From assembly GCA_965221125.1 (NCBI GenBank), contig CBDCRW010000005.1, positions 700,419-764,418 of the forward strand: 64,000 bases of DNA. Reading direction: 5' to 3'. Both the position numbers and the translations under genes were made by a program. Below, in pieces: positions 28,368-40,200 of this stretch (positions are counted from its first letter, which is position 1; each line of letters opens with the position of its first letter). The notes beneath the pieces are model-generated. The model saw only the letters and a list, made by a program, of their open reading frames with translations. It made no database searches and was not told the DNA's origin. Origin of the DNA: Alphaproteobacteria bacterium (GTDB lineage: Bacteria; Pseudomonadota; Alphaproteobacteria; UBA828).

Positions 28368-30083
28368 ATGCCGAAGGCCACGCCCTCACCCCTCAGCAGC
28401 GCCGGTTCGCCGTCGCCTGGGGTGGTTTCTGCGGCGCTGGCAGCCTTGCAGGCGGAGCTTGCCGACGAGCGCGCGGCGCGCCGTGCGACCGAAGCGGCCC
28501 TGTGCGAAGCAGAGCAGGCACGCAGCACGGCGGAGGCGGCGAGGCAAACGGCGGAAGCGCGGGCGGCACGGCTGGAGGCCGAGAACGCGTACAGCGCGGA
28601 GCAGATCAGCCGGCTTGAGCATCTCAACAAGGAGCTCAGGAAGGCGCTGTTCGGTCCGCGCTCCGAGAAGCTCAACGAGGACGAGCGCCAGCTTACGTTC
28701 GAGGAGTTTTGGGCGGCGATCGCCGAAGCAGGCGGCCGACCCGAGGCAGATGACCAGGAGCAGGACGAGGAGGCCGGCAGCAAGCGTCGGCGGCGCTCTT
28801 CCCGGGGATCGCGCAGCGGGGTGCGCTTCGGGCCTCAGGTCGACCGGCGCGAGGAGGTGATCGAGCCGGACACGATCATGTGCCCGTGTGGCTGCGGCGA
28901 GATGACGAAGATCGGCGAAGATCGCAGCGAGCGGCTGGACTATGAGCCGGCGAAGTTCACCGTCATCGAGACCGTGCGTCCTCGCTACGCTTGCAACAAG
29001 TGCAAGGGCGGCGGTGTGGTGCAGTCGCCGGCGCCCGCCGCTCTGGTGGAGGGCGGCCTTCCCACCGAGGCTCTTCTTGCGCACGTGCTGATCGCGAAGT
29101 ACGGCGACCACCTTCCGCTATATCGTCAGTCGCAGATTTACGAGCGCTCGGGGATCGAGATTCACCGCGCGACGCTGGCGACGTGGGTGGGGCAGGCAGC
29201 GTTTCACCTGCGCCCCGTGGTCGACTGCCTGAAGGATGAGCTGAAGACGTCGAGCCACCTGGGTCTGGACGAGACCACGATCCGCGTTCTCGACCCGGGC
29301 CGGGGCAAGACGAAGACGGGCTACATGTGGACCCTTGTGCGCGACGAGCGTCACTGGAGTGGCGCGGACCCGCCGGGCGTGGTCTATCGCTATGAGCCCG
29401 GTCGCGGCGGCAAGTATGGCGCCAGGCTGTTGAAGGGCTTTTCGGGGACGGTGCAACTCGACGCCTACTCGGGCCACAAGATCCTGGCGCGGCCGGATCG
29501 ACCCGGCGGCCCTGTGACGCGGGCACTGTGTTGGGGGCACGCCAGGCGCAAGCTGAAGGAGGTGTACGACTCGAGCGCCTCGCCGATCGCGCTGACCGGT
29601 CTCATGCAGATCGCCAAGCTCTATGCGATCGAGGAGAAGATCCGGGGCGAGCCGCCGGCGACGCGCCAGGCGATCCGCTGGGAGGAGTCGGCGCCGGTCG
29701 TGAACGCCTTCGGTGTCTGGCTCGACGAGCAGCGCTCGAAGGTCTCACCGCGCTCCCGTCTCGGCGAGAAGCTCGCCTATATCGCCAACCAGTGGGACGG
29801 GCTGCTGGAGTTCCTGCACGACGGCCGCGTCGAGATCGACTCGAACCTGGTGGAAAACCGAATCCGCCCGCTGAAGCTCACCGCCAAGAATGCGCTCTTC
29901 GCCGGCAACGATGAAGGTGCGCAGGCCTGGGCCCGCATCGCATCGCTGATCGAGACCTGCAAGATGAATGGCGTCGAGCCTTACGCCTGGATGCGAAGCA
30001 CGCTCGAAAAGATCGCCAAGGGTCACCCGCAGTCCAAAATCGAGGAACTGCTGCCGTGGAACTTCGAGCCCGAGACAAATTGA
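28368..30083 (+). CDS. tnpC: IS66 DDE transposase TnpC
   Basis: FGPRSEK, CPCGC, KYGDHLPLYRQ, LDETT, CWGHARRK and ELLPWN motifs. Confidence 0.95.
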   Translation: MPKATPSPLSSAGSPSPGVVSAALAALQAELADERAARRATEAALCEAEQARSTAEAARQTAEARAARLEAENAYSAEQISRLEHLNKELRKALFGPRSEKLNEDERQLTFEEFWAAIAEAGGRPEADDQEQDEEAGSKRRRRSSRGSRSGVRFGPQVDRREEVIEPDTIMCPCGCGEMTKIGEDRSERLDYEPAKFTVIETVRPRYACNKCKGGGVVQSPAPAALVEGGLPTEALLAHVLIAKYGDHLPLYRQSQIYERSGIEIHRATLATWVGQAAFHLRPVVDCLKDELKTSSHLGLDETTIRVLDPGRGKTKTGYMWTLVRDERHWSGADPPGVVYRYEPGRGGKYGARLLKGFSGTVQLDAYSGHKILARPDRPGGPVTRALCWGHARRKLKEVYDSSASPIALTGLMQIAKLYAIEEKIRGEPPATRQAIRWEESAPVVNAFGVWLDEQRSKVSPRSRLGEKLAYIANQWDGLLEFLHDGRVEIDSNLVENRIRPLKLTAKNALFAGNDEGAQAWARIASLIETCKMNGVEPYAWMRSTLEKIAKGHPQSKIEELLPWNFEPETN

Positions 30084-30509
30084 CTCGCGCGCTCACGGCG
30101 CTCCTCAATAAGTCCCCGTCGTAGTCAACCCAGATTCCAGTATGGGGTCTGCGTAACGCTTACATTGTTCCCAATGAAGCAATGACTTGAGCGTCACGTT
30201 CGATAGACCTTCGGATATGGCGCTCCGATAGACATGGCCCTGTTCCCACATCCGCATCCCATTCCGCACCCGCATTCGGGGCAGGGCCAACTGCTGCACA
30301 TTGCGTTCGGGAGCGCGTAATCGAGTCAAAATCGACGACAATGTTTCTGTCAGAGGCCCTCAAATCGTTCAACCAGCGACCCCGTTTCGGCTTCAAAGTC
30401 CCGCCAAACTCCGTTTCCGGCGCCACGCTGAACACGAATCGCCGTCGCAAGTGCGCGCCGCTTCACGGAAAATGGTGCGCGCGTCGACTCTACAGAGGGG
30501 ACAGGAACC

Positions 30510-30860
30510 ATGCCCGGCACGATCAGCAAGCACATCCGCATCGACGAGGAGCTCTGGAAACGCCTCGAAGCGGCCGCCGGGGAAGAGGACATGACCGCCA
30601 ACCGCCTCCTCGCCGAGCTCGCGGAGCGGTGGCTGGAGACCAGGGAGTGGCCCCAATCCGAGGTGCAGGTGCGCGTCGCGCGCGCCTCACTGTTCGCCGC
30701 GCAGGCCATTGCGCTCGACATGATCGCCGCAGGCCGCAAGACCGAGGTCGACCAAATCCTCGAGCACGTGGCTACCATCGTTCCCGACGTGGCTCCCGAA
30801 CCATTGGCGGAGGAAGAGGCGGTCTCGCAGGAGCATCATCTAAGCCGGCAAGACTCGTGA
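30510..30860 (+). CDS. Small ribbon-helix-helix-like regulator
   Basis: KHIRIDEELWKRLEAAA...TANRLL fits a beta-alpha-alpha pattern; purine-rich RBS upstream. Confidence 0.6.
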   Translation: MPGTISKHIRIDEELWKRLEAAAGEEDMTANRLLAELAERWLETREWPQSEVQVRVARASLFAAQAIALDMIAAGRKTEVDQILEHVATIVPDVAPEPLAEEEAVSQEHHLSRQDS

Positions 30861-30922
30861 ACCTCGCGCGCCGTCAGCCGCCGACGGCGGGCGCGGTGCT
30901 GCCTGGCAAAAAACGAGCCCTG

Positions 30923-30956
30923 CCACTACCAGGTCGTCACCACTACCAGGTCGTCA
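30923..30956 (+). repeat. 17-bp perfect tandem duplication CCACTACCAGGTCGTCA x2
   Basis: Read directly from the sequence, upstream of the adhesin gene. Confidence 0.9.
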
Positions 30957-31206
30957 TTGGGCGCAATGCGGATCATCCTATACACTGAATGCAGGGCGGT
31001 GCGCTCGCACCGCCCTTACAATGTCTAAGAGTGAGCCGGGCGGGACTTCGGGCCCACAAGGGGGCAGCTCAAGGGTTGCTGTCCGCAAGACGGGCAGCTG
31101 GCAACGATGGGTGAGGAACAAGCTCGGAACAGAACTTTGCCAGCAAGCCCTTCCTGTACCCCCCCCTTGCATTTTAACGCGCCGGATTTCCGGTAGTGCG
31201 TCGTAG

Positions 31207-34200
31207 ATGAGTCTGCGCACTGGCTTCCGAGCAAACGGGCTAGGCGCTGGCCTGAGTATCCTGAGGTGGAGCCGCATTTTGCGGCTCGCCTGTTTTCTGG
31301 GACTGCTGACCGCCTTTATCGCCGCGCTGTGGGCGCTGACCGTTTTGGCGCAGACGCCGCCCCTCAAAGTGACCCTATCCGTCCCGGCCAACACGCAGCT
31401 CACGGAAGGCGGCGGCAATTCCGTTGTGACCGTCACGGCCAGCATCGCGTCGGGGCGCTCGGCTGACCTGATCATTGATCTCTCCCTCGGAGGCACAGCC
31501 AAGTCCAGCGACTACGAAGTCGTGGGTTCTCTTCCGGCCATCACGATCACGGCCGGTCAGACGACGGGTACGGGCGACGTGACACTGTCGGCGATGGACG
31601 ACTCATTCTTCGAGGGGCCGGAAACCCTTCGCGTCGAAGGCACCATCAGGGGGCAACCCCAGGATGAAGTAGCCAGCGTGGACATCACCATTGCCGACAA
31701 CGACAGCGCTCCGCAGTTGAACGTGACCGTCGATCCTCCAAATCGCTTGATCCAGGAGGGGGCGCGGCAGCAGTTCGATATCGTTGTTAGCCTCATCGGC
31801 GGAGGTCGCTTTGAAGAGTCCGAAACGATCACTGTGTCCTTGGCCGACGACAATCAGATTGAACCCCCCGACGAGAGAGACTTCGCTAAAGACGGACGCT
31901 ACTTACCAAGCGAACCCCCTTGGAACCTGACGCTTCCGGCAGGCAGCGGTTCCGCCACGATTCGCGTGACGTTCGACTCTCGCGACGACATGAACGACAG
32001 TGAAGGCCGGGAAGAAGCAAGATTGGTTGCCGAGCTTAGTGCAGTGGGAGCGACGCTCAGCAAGCGCTTTCGGTTGTTTACGCTAACCGACCCGATAAGG
32101 TACGCAACCTTTAGCGTCCACTGTGACGAATTACCTGCCTACAGCGGAACGACAGACGCAACATGTCACGCCAGAATAAGTAACCCGCAAGCCATTAGAA
32201 GCTACGTCGTCACTATGACGGCAGAAAAGCCTCAGCTGGTTGAACCCGATAGCGTCACATTTCCTTCGATTTCGTACCGCGCCGGCGGAAATCGGTCTGC
32301 TGACATGGACGTGGAATTCACGGTGGATGAACGGGCCGCTGGCGAGACGTTGCGCTGGAATCTCTCCGTGACGCCGGACGACGGGATCTCCAACGCAGTC
32401 CTGAGACCGTTTGCGGTGGCTACTTGGCCCGCTGCCGATTCCGATTTCCAGATTTCGGAATATGACGCTCGCGTGGTCTCCACAACAAGCGGCATCGCTA
32501 CTCGTGGTTTCACTGTGTTTGAGATCGTGTTCTCGACTCCACGCCCGGTCACAATTGTGGGTCCGCCAAGTGTCGAGATCGTTCTCGACAGCGGGGCCGT
32601 GTCAGCGCCTTGCACAGTCCAGGGCGCGAGAATTCGCTGTATATACCGTGTCCAGGAAGGGGACTACGACTTCGATAGGACGGTCGAACTCCGTACCGGC
32701 GCCGTCAAGTTCACCGGCTGGAGGGATCGCCGCGACACGACGGTCAGCGGCGGGGTTGCATCGCCCCTGCCGGCCCAAGGCGAGAGCTATAGCGGGTTTC
32801 CACTCGTCTTCGGAGGCACTCACGCGATCGACATTGGCGTCTCGCCCCAATCCCTGCAGGAAGGTGCTGGCGAACAGCAACTGACGATCACAGCGCAGGA
32901 TCTCACAGGGAAGGCTGCGGCCACGGATGTGGTGATACCCCTTTCTATTGCGGACATCACCACGAGTCCAAGCGACTACAGCGTTACTGGCACCTTGAGC
33001 GTCACAATCCCGAAGGGCAGCTCCGAGGGCAGAACGACCGGCGTGTCCATGACGGCGATCGCCGATCCCATCAGGGAGAATCGCATAGAGAAGCTGCGGA
33101 TCGAGGGCACCAAGGGCGCGATGATGACGCCCTTTGTTCGTGGCGCCGAACTTTCGATCATCGACAGCGCCAGCATCGCCTTGTCAGTGTCTCCGGCGGA
33201 GGTCGCCGAGAATGGCAGCGCACGAGAGGTGATGGTGACGGCTGAATGGGGTGACCCGGCGGACAGCGTCCTTCCGAGAGACACGGAAGTAACCCTTTCC
33301 TGGGGCGGCACGGCCGGTCCCGGCGACTATTCCCGCACGGGCGGCGCCACCGTGACGATTCCCGCGAACGGTCGCTCCGGCACAACCAGCGTTACGATCA
33401 CGCCGACCGACGACAAGCTGCTCGAGGGCAATGAAACCGTCCATATCAGCGGAACCGCGCTGGGGCACTCGGTCTTTCCGGCTAATTTGACGATCACGGA
33501 CGACGAGACGGTGCCCGCGGTAACTTTGGCGGTGGATGTCAATTCCCTGTCGGAGGGCGGCCGGGCCGAGATGGTCACGGTGAGCGCCACGCTCGATGCC
33601 GAGGTGGCGATGGCTAACGACGAGACGACTGTGACCCTGGATCTCGCCGGTACAGCCGCGCTGGGGGAGGATTACACCGCGAGTTGGTCGCCATCGTCGC
33701 GGGTGATAACCATTCCCCGGGGAGCGACGGCCGGGTCGAACACCGTCACCCTCACGCTGACGCCCACCGACGATTCCGTAAAGGAAGACGACGAGACCAT
33801 CGTCGTGCAGGGCATGGCCACCACGGACATGGCCAACCGCGACCTGGTGGTGAAGGTGGCGACGATTACGCTTCTGGATGATGACGCGCTCGGCGTCTTC
33901 TTTTCTCCCACTGCCCTGACCGTCGACGAAGGCAGCACGGCCACCTACGAGGTCTGGTTGGGAACACGGCCCAGCGACACCGTCACGGTATCGCTGTCGA
34001 GCACGGACATGTCAGTGGCGACGGTCAATTCGAATTCGCTGACCTTCGGTCCAACGACCTGGAGCACGCGGCAGCCGGTCACGGTCAACGGGGTTGATGA
34101 CGATCTCAGGAATGGGGAGGACGGCAAACGTACCGCCGAGATCCATCACACCGCCGCTGGCGGCGATTACGACGACGCGGAGGTGGCCACGCTGCCGGTG

Positions 34201-37200
34201 ACGGTCAGCGACGACGAGGAGCCCGTGCGCTTTACCATCGCCGATGCATCCGCGGATGAAGGGCAGGCCATCACCTTCAACGTGACCCGTCTGGGTGCGG
34301 CGGGCGCCGCAGCCACGGTCGATTGGAGCACCGTCGACGACACGGACGGCAGTTATCCGGCGTCCGCCGGCGACTATACGGCGCAGACCACGGCGCAGAC
34401 GCTGAGCTTCGCCGCGGGCGAAACCCGCAAGACAATCACGGTGCAGACGACCCAGGACACGCTCGACGAGGAGGACGAGACCTTCCTCGTGAAGCTGAGC
34501 GCGCCGAGCACGGGAACCTCCATCGGCGACGGAACGGCCACCGGGAAGATCACGGACGACGATGCGACCACGGCGCAAGTGTCGCTGGCCGCGCCCGCGG
34601 CGGTGGCGGAAGGCGCCGCCGGTGCCACGACGAAGATGACGTTCACGGTGGGGCTGTCCGCCGCCAGCGGGCGACAGGTTAAGGTGGACTACGCGGACGC
34701 GGGCAGCGGGACGGCCACGGCGGATGGCGATTATTCGTTGACCGCGGGCACGCTCACCTTTGCTCCGGGCGACACGAGCAAGACCATCGACGTGCCGGTG
34801 AACGGCGACGACGTGGACGAAATCAGCGAGACGGTCGTTCTGCGTCTGTCGTCGCCGGTCAACGCGTCGTTTGCGGACGGGGTGGCGATGCTCGACGCCA
34901 CCGGCACCATAACCGACGACGACCCGACCAAGGTGACGCTTTCCGCTCCCTCCGGCCCCATCGCCGAGAACGGAGGGAGCAAGATCCTCACCGTCACTCT
35001 GGGTCGCGCGCTGACCGGCGACGAGGCGTTTGACGTGCCATTGAAGCTCCGCGGCGTGGCGACCTTGGGCGATGATTACACACTCGCCGCACCGACCAAC
35101 ACGCCTACCGGCGTCGCCTACTCGAACCTCGCGAGTGACGACCTCAAGAAGAGTCCGCCGACCGTCAGCTTCAGCGGCGTCGCCAACGCTGCAAGCAGTG
35201 CCACCCTGACGCTGACAGCGATGGCCGACGACATCGATGAGGGTACGTCCGAGCGGGTGACGGTGGCCCTCGGCACCCTTGACGCGAACTCTGGCACGAA
35301 TCTCGACGGCGGCGCGTCCGGCATGGGCACAGTGAAATTCACCATCACCGAAGATGATGGGGTCCCCCCGACGGCGACGCTCACCGTGGACGCCGATACC
35401 GGCACCAACAACGCGCAGAACTCGCTGGCCGAGGACGGCGGCGCCAAGACGGTGCGGGTGACGGCGACGCTCGACGGCTCGACGACCTTTACCGCCGACA
35501 AGACGGTGACCGTCGAGGTGGGCGATGCCGGCGACAGCGCCGCCGAGGGCACCGATTACGCGATGGTGGCGACGCAGACGATCACCCTCAAGGCGGGGGC
35601 GTCGAGCGGGCATGTGGATTTCACCCTGACGCCGACCGACGACGCCGTCGACGAAGAGAGCGAGACGATCAGCTTCAAGGGCACCGCTACCGGCCTGACC
35701 GTGGCCGACGCCACGATCACGCTCACCGACGACGACACGAAGGGGGTGACGGTTTCGGCGGCGGCGGCCGGGCTGACGGTCCGGGAGACGGACGACGGCG
35801 GCACCACGGAGACGACGGAGAATGTGGCCACCTACACGGTGGTTCTCACGAGCCAGCCGACGGGCGACGTGGTGATCGATGTCGAGGTGCCGGAGGGGGC
35901 GCCGTTCACGGCGTCGCCTTCGCGCCTGACCTTCACTGCGAGCGGGGCCGGGATCTGGAGCACGGCGCAGGAGGTGACCGTGACGGCTGTCGACGACAAC
36001 GTCGACAACACGGGCAACCAGCGCAGCGCGTCGATCACCCATGCCCTGACCGTCGGGAGCTCCGACTACGGCGGCGTGAGCGTGCCTGCGGTGACGGTCA
36101 GGGTCACGGACGACGACGCGGCGCCGACGGCCCTGACGCTGACGGTGGATGCGGACACGGAGACCGACAACGTGCAGTCGTCCGTTTCCGAGGGCGGCGG
36201 CGCGAAGACGGTGCGGGTGACGGCGACGCTGGGCGGTTCGACGACCTTCGCCGTGGACAAGACGGTGACCGTCGAGGTGGGCAAGTCCAGCGACAGCGCC
36301 ACCGAGGGCACGGATTACGCGATGGTGGGGACGCAGAGCATCACCCTCAAGGCGGGAGCGTCGAGCGCGTATGTGGACTTCACCCTGACCCCGACCGACG
36401 ATGCCGTCGACGAGGAGAACGAGATCATCAGCCTCGACGGGTCGCTTGCCGGGGTGACGGTGACGGATGCCGAGATCACGATCACCGACGATGACGACGC
36501 TCCAGGCGGCATCGCGCTTTCGGTCGACACGGACAGCGTCACGGCCGACAGCCAGACGGAGGTCGGCGAGGCGGCGGGCGCCACCACGGTTGAGGTGACG
36601 GCGACCGTGACGGGGAGCACGACCTACAGCGGCGCGCAGACGGTTGCGGTGAGCGTCAGCGGCGACACGGCGACCGTCACCGACGACTTCGCCGCGGTGA
36701 CCGGTTTCACCATCACGATCCCCGCCGGGACGGCAAGCGCCCGGGGCATGTTCACGCTGACGCCGGTCGCCGACGCCATCGACGAGAATGACGAGACCGT
36801 CGACGTTACCGGCACGGTCAGCGGCGACGGCGCGCCCGCCGTCACCGGCGCCACCATCACCATCAAGGACGACGACACGAAGGGGGTGACGGTTTCGGCG
36901 GCGGCGGCCGGGTTGACGATCCGGGAGACGGACGACGGCGGCACCACGCAGACGACGGAGAATGTGGCCACCTACACGGTGGTTCTCACGAGCCAGCCGA
37001 CGGGCGACGTGGTGATCGATGTCGAGGTGCCGGAGGGGGCGCCGTTCACGGCGTCGCCTTCGCGCCTGACCTTCACGCCGAGCGGGGCCGGGATCTGGAG
37101 CACGGCGCAGGTGGTGACCGTGACGGCTGTCGACGACAACGTCGACAACACGGGCAACCAGCGCAGCGCGTCGATCACCCATGCCCTGACCGTCGGGAGC

Positions 37201-40200
37201 TCCGACTACGGCGGCGTGAGCGTGCCTGCGGTGACGGTCAGGGTCACGGACGACGACGCGGCGCCGACGGCCCTGACGCTGACGGTGGATGCGGACACGG
37301 AGACCGACAACGTGCAGTCGTCCGTTTCCGAGGGCGGCGGCGCGAAGACGGTGCGGGTGACGGCGACGCTGGGCGGTTCGACGACCTTCGCCGTGGACAA
37401 GACGGTGACCGTCGAGGTGGGCAAGTCCAGCGACAGCGCCACCGAGGGCACGGATTACGCGATGGTGGGGACGCAGAGCATCACCCTCAAGGCGGGAGCG
37501 TCGAGCGCGTATGTGGACTTCACCCTGACCCCGACCGACGATGCCGTCGACGAGGAGAACGAGATCATCAGCCTCGACGGGTCGCTTGCCGGGGTGACGG
37601 TGACGGATGCCGAGATCACGATCACCGACGATGACGACGCTCCAGGCGGCATCGCGCTTTCGGTCGACACGGACAGCGTCACGGCCGACAGCCAGACGGA
37701 GGTCGGCGAGGCGGCGGGCGCCACCACGGTTGAGGTGACGGCGACCGTGACGGGGAGCACGACCTACAGCGGCGCGCAGACGGTTGCGGTGAGCGTCAGC
37801 GGCGACACGGCGACCGTCACCGACGACTTCGCCGCGGTGACCGGTTTCACCATCACGATCCCCGCCGGGACGGCAAGCGCCCGGGGCATGTTCACGCTGA
37901 CGCCGGTCGCCGACGCCATCGACGAGAATGACGAGACCGTCGACGTTACCGGCACGGTCAGCGGCGACGGCGCGCCCGCCGTCACCGGCGCCACCATCAC
38001 CATCAAGGACGACGACACGAAGGGGGTGACGGTTTCGGCGGCGGCGGCCGGGTTGACGATCCGGGAGACGGACGACGGCGGCACCACGCAGACGACGGAG
38101 AATGTGGCCACCTACACGGTGGTTCTCACGAGCCAGCCGACGGGCGACGTGGTGATCGATGTCGAGGTGCCGGAGGGGGCGCCGTTCACGGCGTCGCCTT
38201 CGCGCCTGACCTTCACGCCGAGCGGGGCCGGGATCTGGAGCACGGCGCAGGAGGTGACCGTGACGGCTGTCGACGACAACGTCGACAACACGGGCAACCA
38301 GCGCAGCGCGTCGATCACCCATGCCCTGACCGTCGGGAGCTCCGACTACGGCGGCGTGAGCGTGCCTGCGGTGACGGTCAGGGTCACGGACGACGACGCG
38401 GCGCCGACGGCCCTGACGCTGACGGTGGATGCGGACACGGAGACCGACAACGTGCAGTCGTCCGTTTCCGAGGGCGGCGGCGCCAAGACGGTGCGGGTGA
38501 CGGCGACGCTGGGCGGTTCGACGACCTTCGCCGTGGACAAGACGGTGACCGTCGAGGTGGGCAAGTCCAGCGACAGCGCCACCGAGGGCACGGATTACGC
38601 GATGGTGGGAACGCAGAGCATCACCCTCAAGGCGGGGGCGTCGAGCGCGCATGTGGACTTCGCCCTGACGCCGACCGACGATGCCGTCGACGAGGTGAAC
38701 GAGACCATCAGCCTCGACGGGTCGCTTGCCGGCGTGACGGTGGCGGATGCCGAGATCACGCTCACCGACGATGACGACGCTCCAGGCGGCATTGCGCTTT
38801 CGGTCGACACGGACAGCGTCACGGCCGACAGCCAGACGGAGGTCGGCGAGGCGGCCGGCGCCACCACGGTGACGGTGACGGCGACCGTGACGGGGGGCAC
38901 GACCTACAGCGCCGCGCAGACCGTTGCGGTGAGCGTCAGCGGCGACACGGCGACCGTCACCGACGACTTCGCCGCGGTGACCGGTTTCACCATCACGATC
39001 CCCGCCGGGACGGCAAGCGCCCGGGGCATGTTCACGCTGACGCCGGTCGCCGACGCCATCGACGAGAATGACGAGACCGTCGACGTGACCGGCACGGTCA
39101 GCGGCGACGGCGCGCCCGCCGTCACCGGCGCCACCATCACCATCAAGGACGACGACACGAAGGGGGTGACGGTTTCGGCGGCGGCGGCCGGGCTGACGAT
39201 CCGGGAGACGGACGACGGCGGCACCACGGAGACGACGGAGAATGTGGCCACCTACACGGTGGTTCTCACGAGCCAGCCGACGGGCAATGTGGTGATCGAT
39301 GTCGAGGTGCCTGGCGGGGCGCCGTTCACGGCGTCGCCTTCGCGCCTGACCTTCACGCCGAGCGGGGCCGGGATCTGGAGCACGGCGCAGGAGGTGACCG
39401 TGACGGCTGTCGACGACAACGTCGACAATACGGGCAACCGGCGCAGCGCGTCGATCACCCATGCCCTGACCGTCGGGAGCTCCGACTACGGCGGCGTGAG
39501 CGTGCCTGACGTCACCGTGACCGTGACCGACGACGACGCGGCGCCGACGGCACTGACGCTGACGGTGGATGCGGACACGGAGACCGACAACGTGCAGTCG
39601 TCCGTTTCCGAGGGCGGCGGCGCCAAGACGGTGCGGGTGACGGCGACGCTGGGCGGTTCGACGACCTTCGCCGTGGACAAGACGGTGACCGTCGAGGTGG
39701 GCCACGCCGACGACAGCGCCACCGAGGGCACGGATTACGCGATGGTGGGAACGCAGAGCATCACCCTCAAGGCGGGGGCGTCGAGCGCGTATGTGGACTT
39801 CGCCCTGACGCCGACCGACGACCCGCTGCACGAGGGCCCCGAGACGATCAGCGTGGAGGGCGCGCTGTCCGGGGTGTCGGTGACGGACGCCACGATCACG
39901 ATCACCGACGACGACACGGCGCCGACGGCTCTGACGCTGACGGTGGACGCCGATACCGGCACCAACAACGTGCAGAACTCGCTGGCCGAGGGCGGCGGCG
40001 CCAAGACGGTGCGGGTGACGGCGACGCTCGACGGCTCGACGACCTTTACCGCCGACAAGACGGTGACCGTCGAGGTGGGCGATGCCGGCGACAGCGCCGC
40101 CGAGGGCACCGATTACGCGATGGTGGCGACGCAGACGATCACCCTCAAGGCGGGGGCGTCGAGCGGGCATGTGGATTTCACCCTGACGCCGACCGACGAC

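Larger units (their letters stand above)
27193..30163 (+). mobile_element. IS66 family element (2971 bp)
   Basis: Ends GTAAGCG.../...CGCTTAC; 8-bp TSD ATTGTTCC at 27185-27192 and 30164-30171; tnpA-tnpB-tnpC order. Confidence 0.95.
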
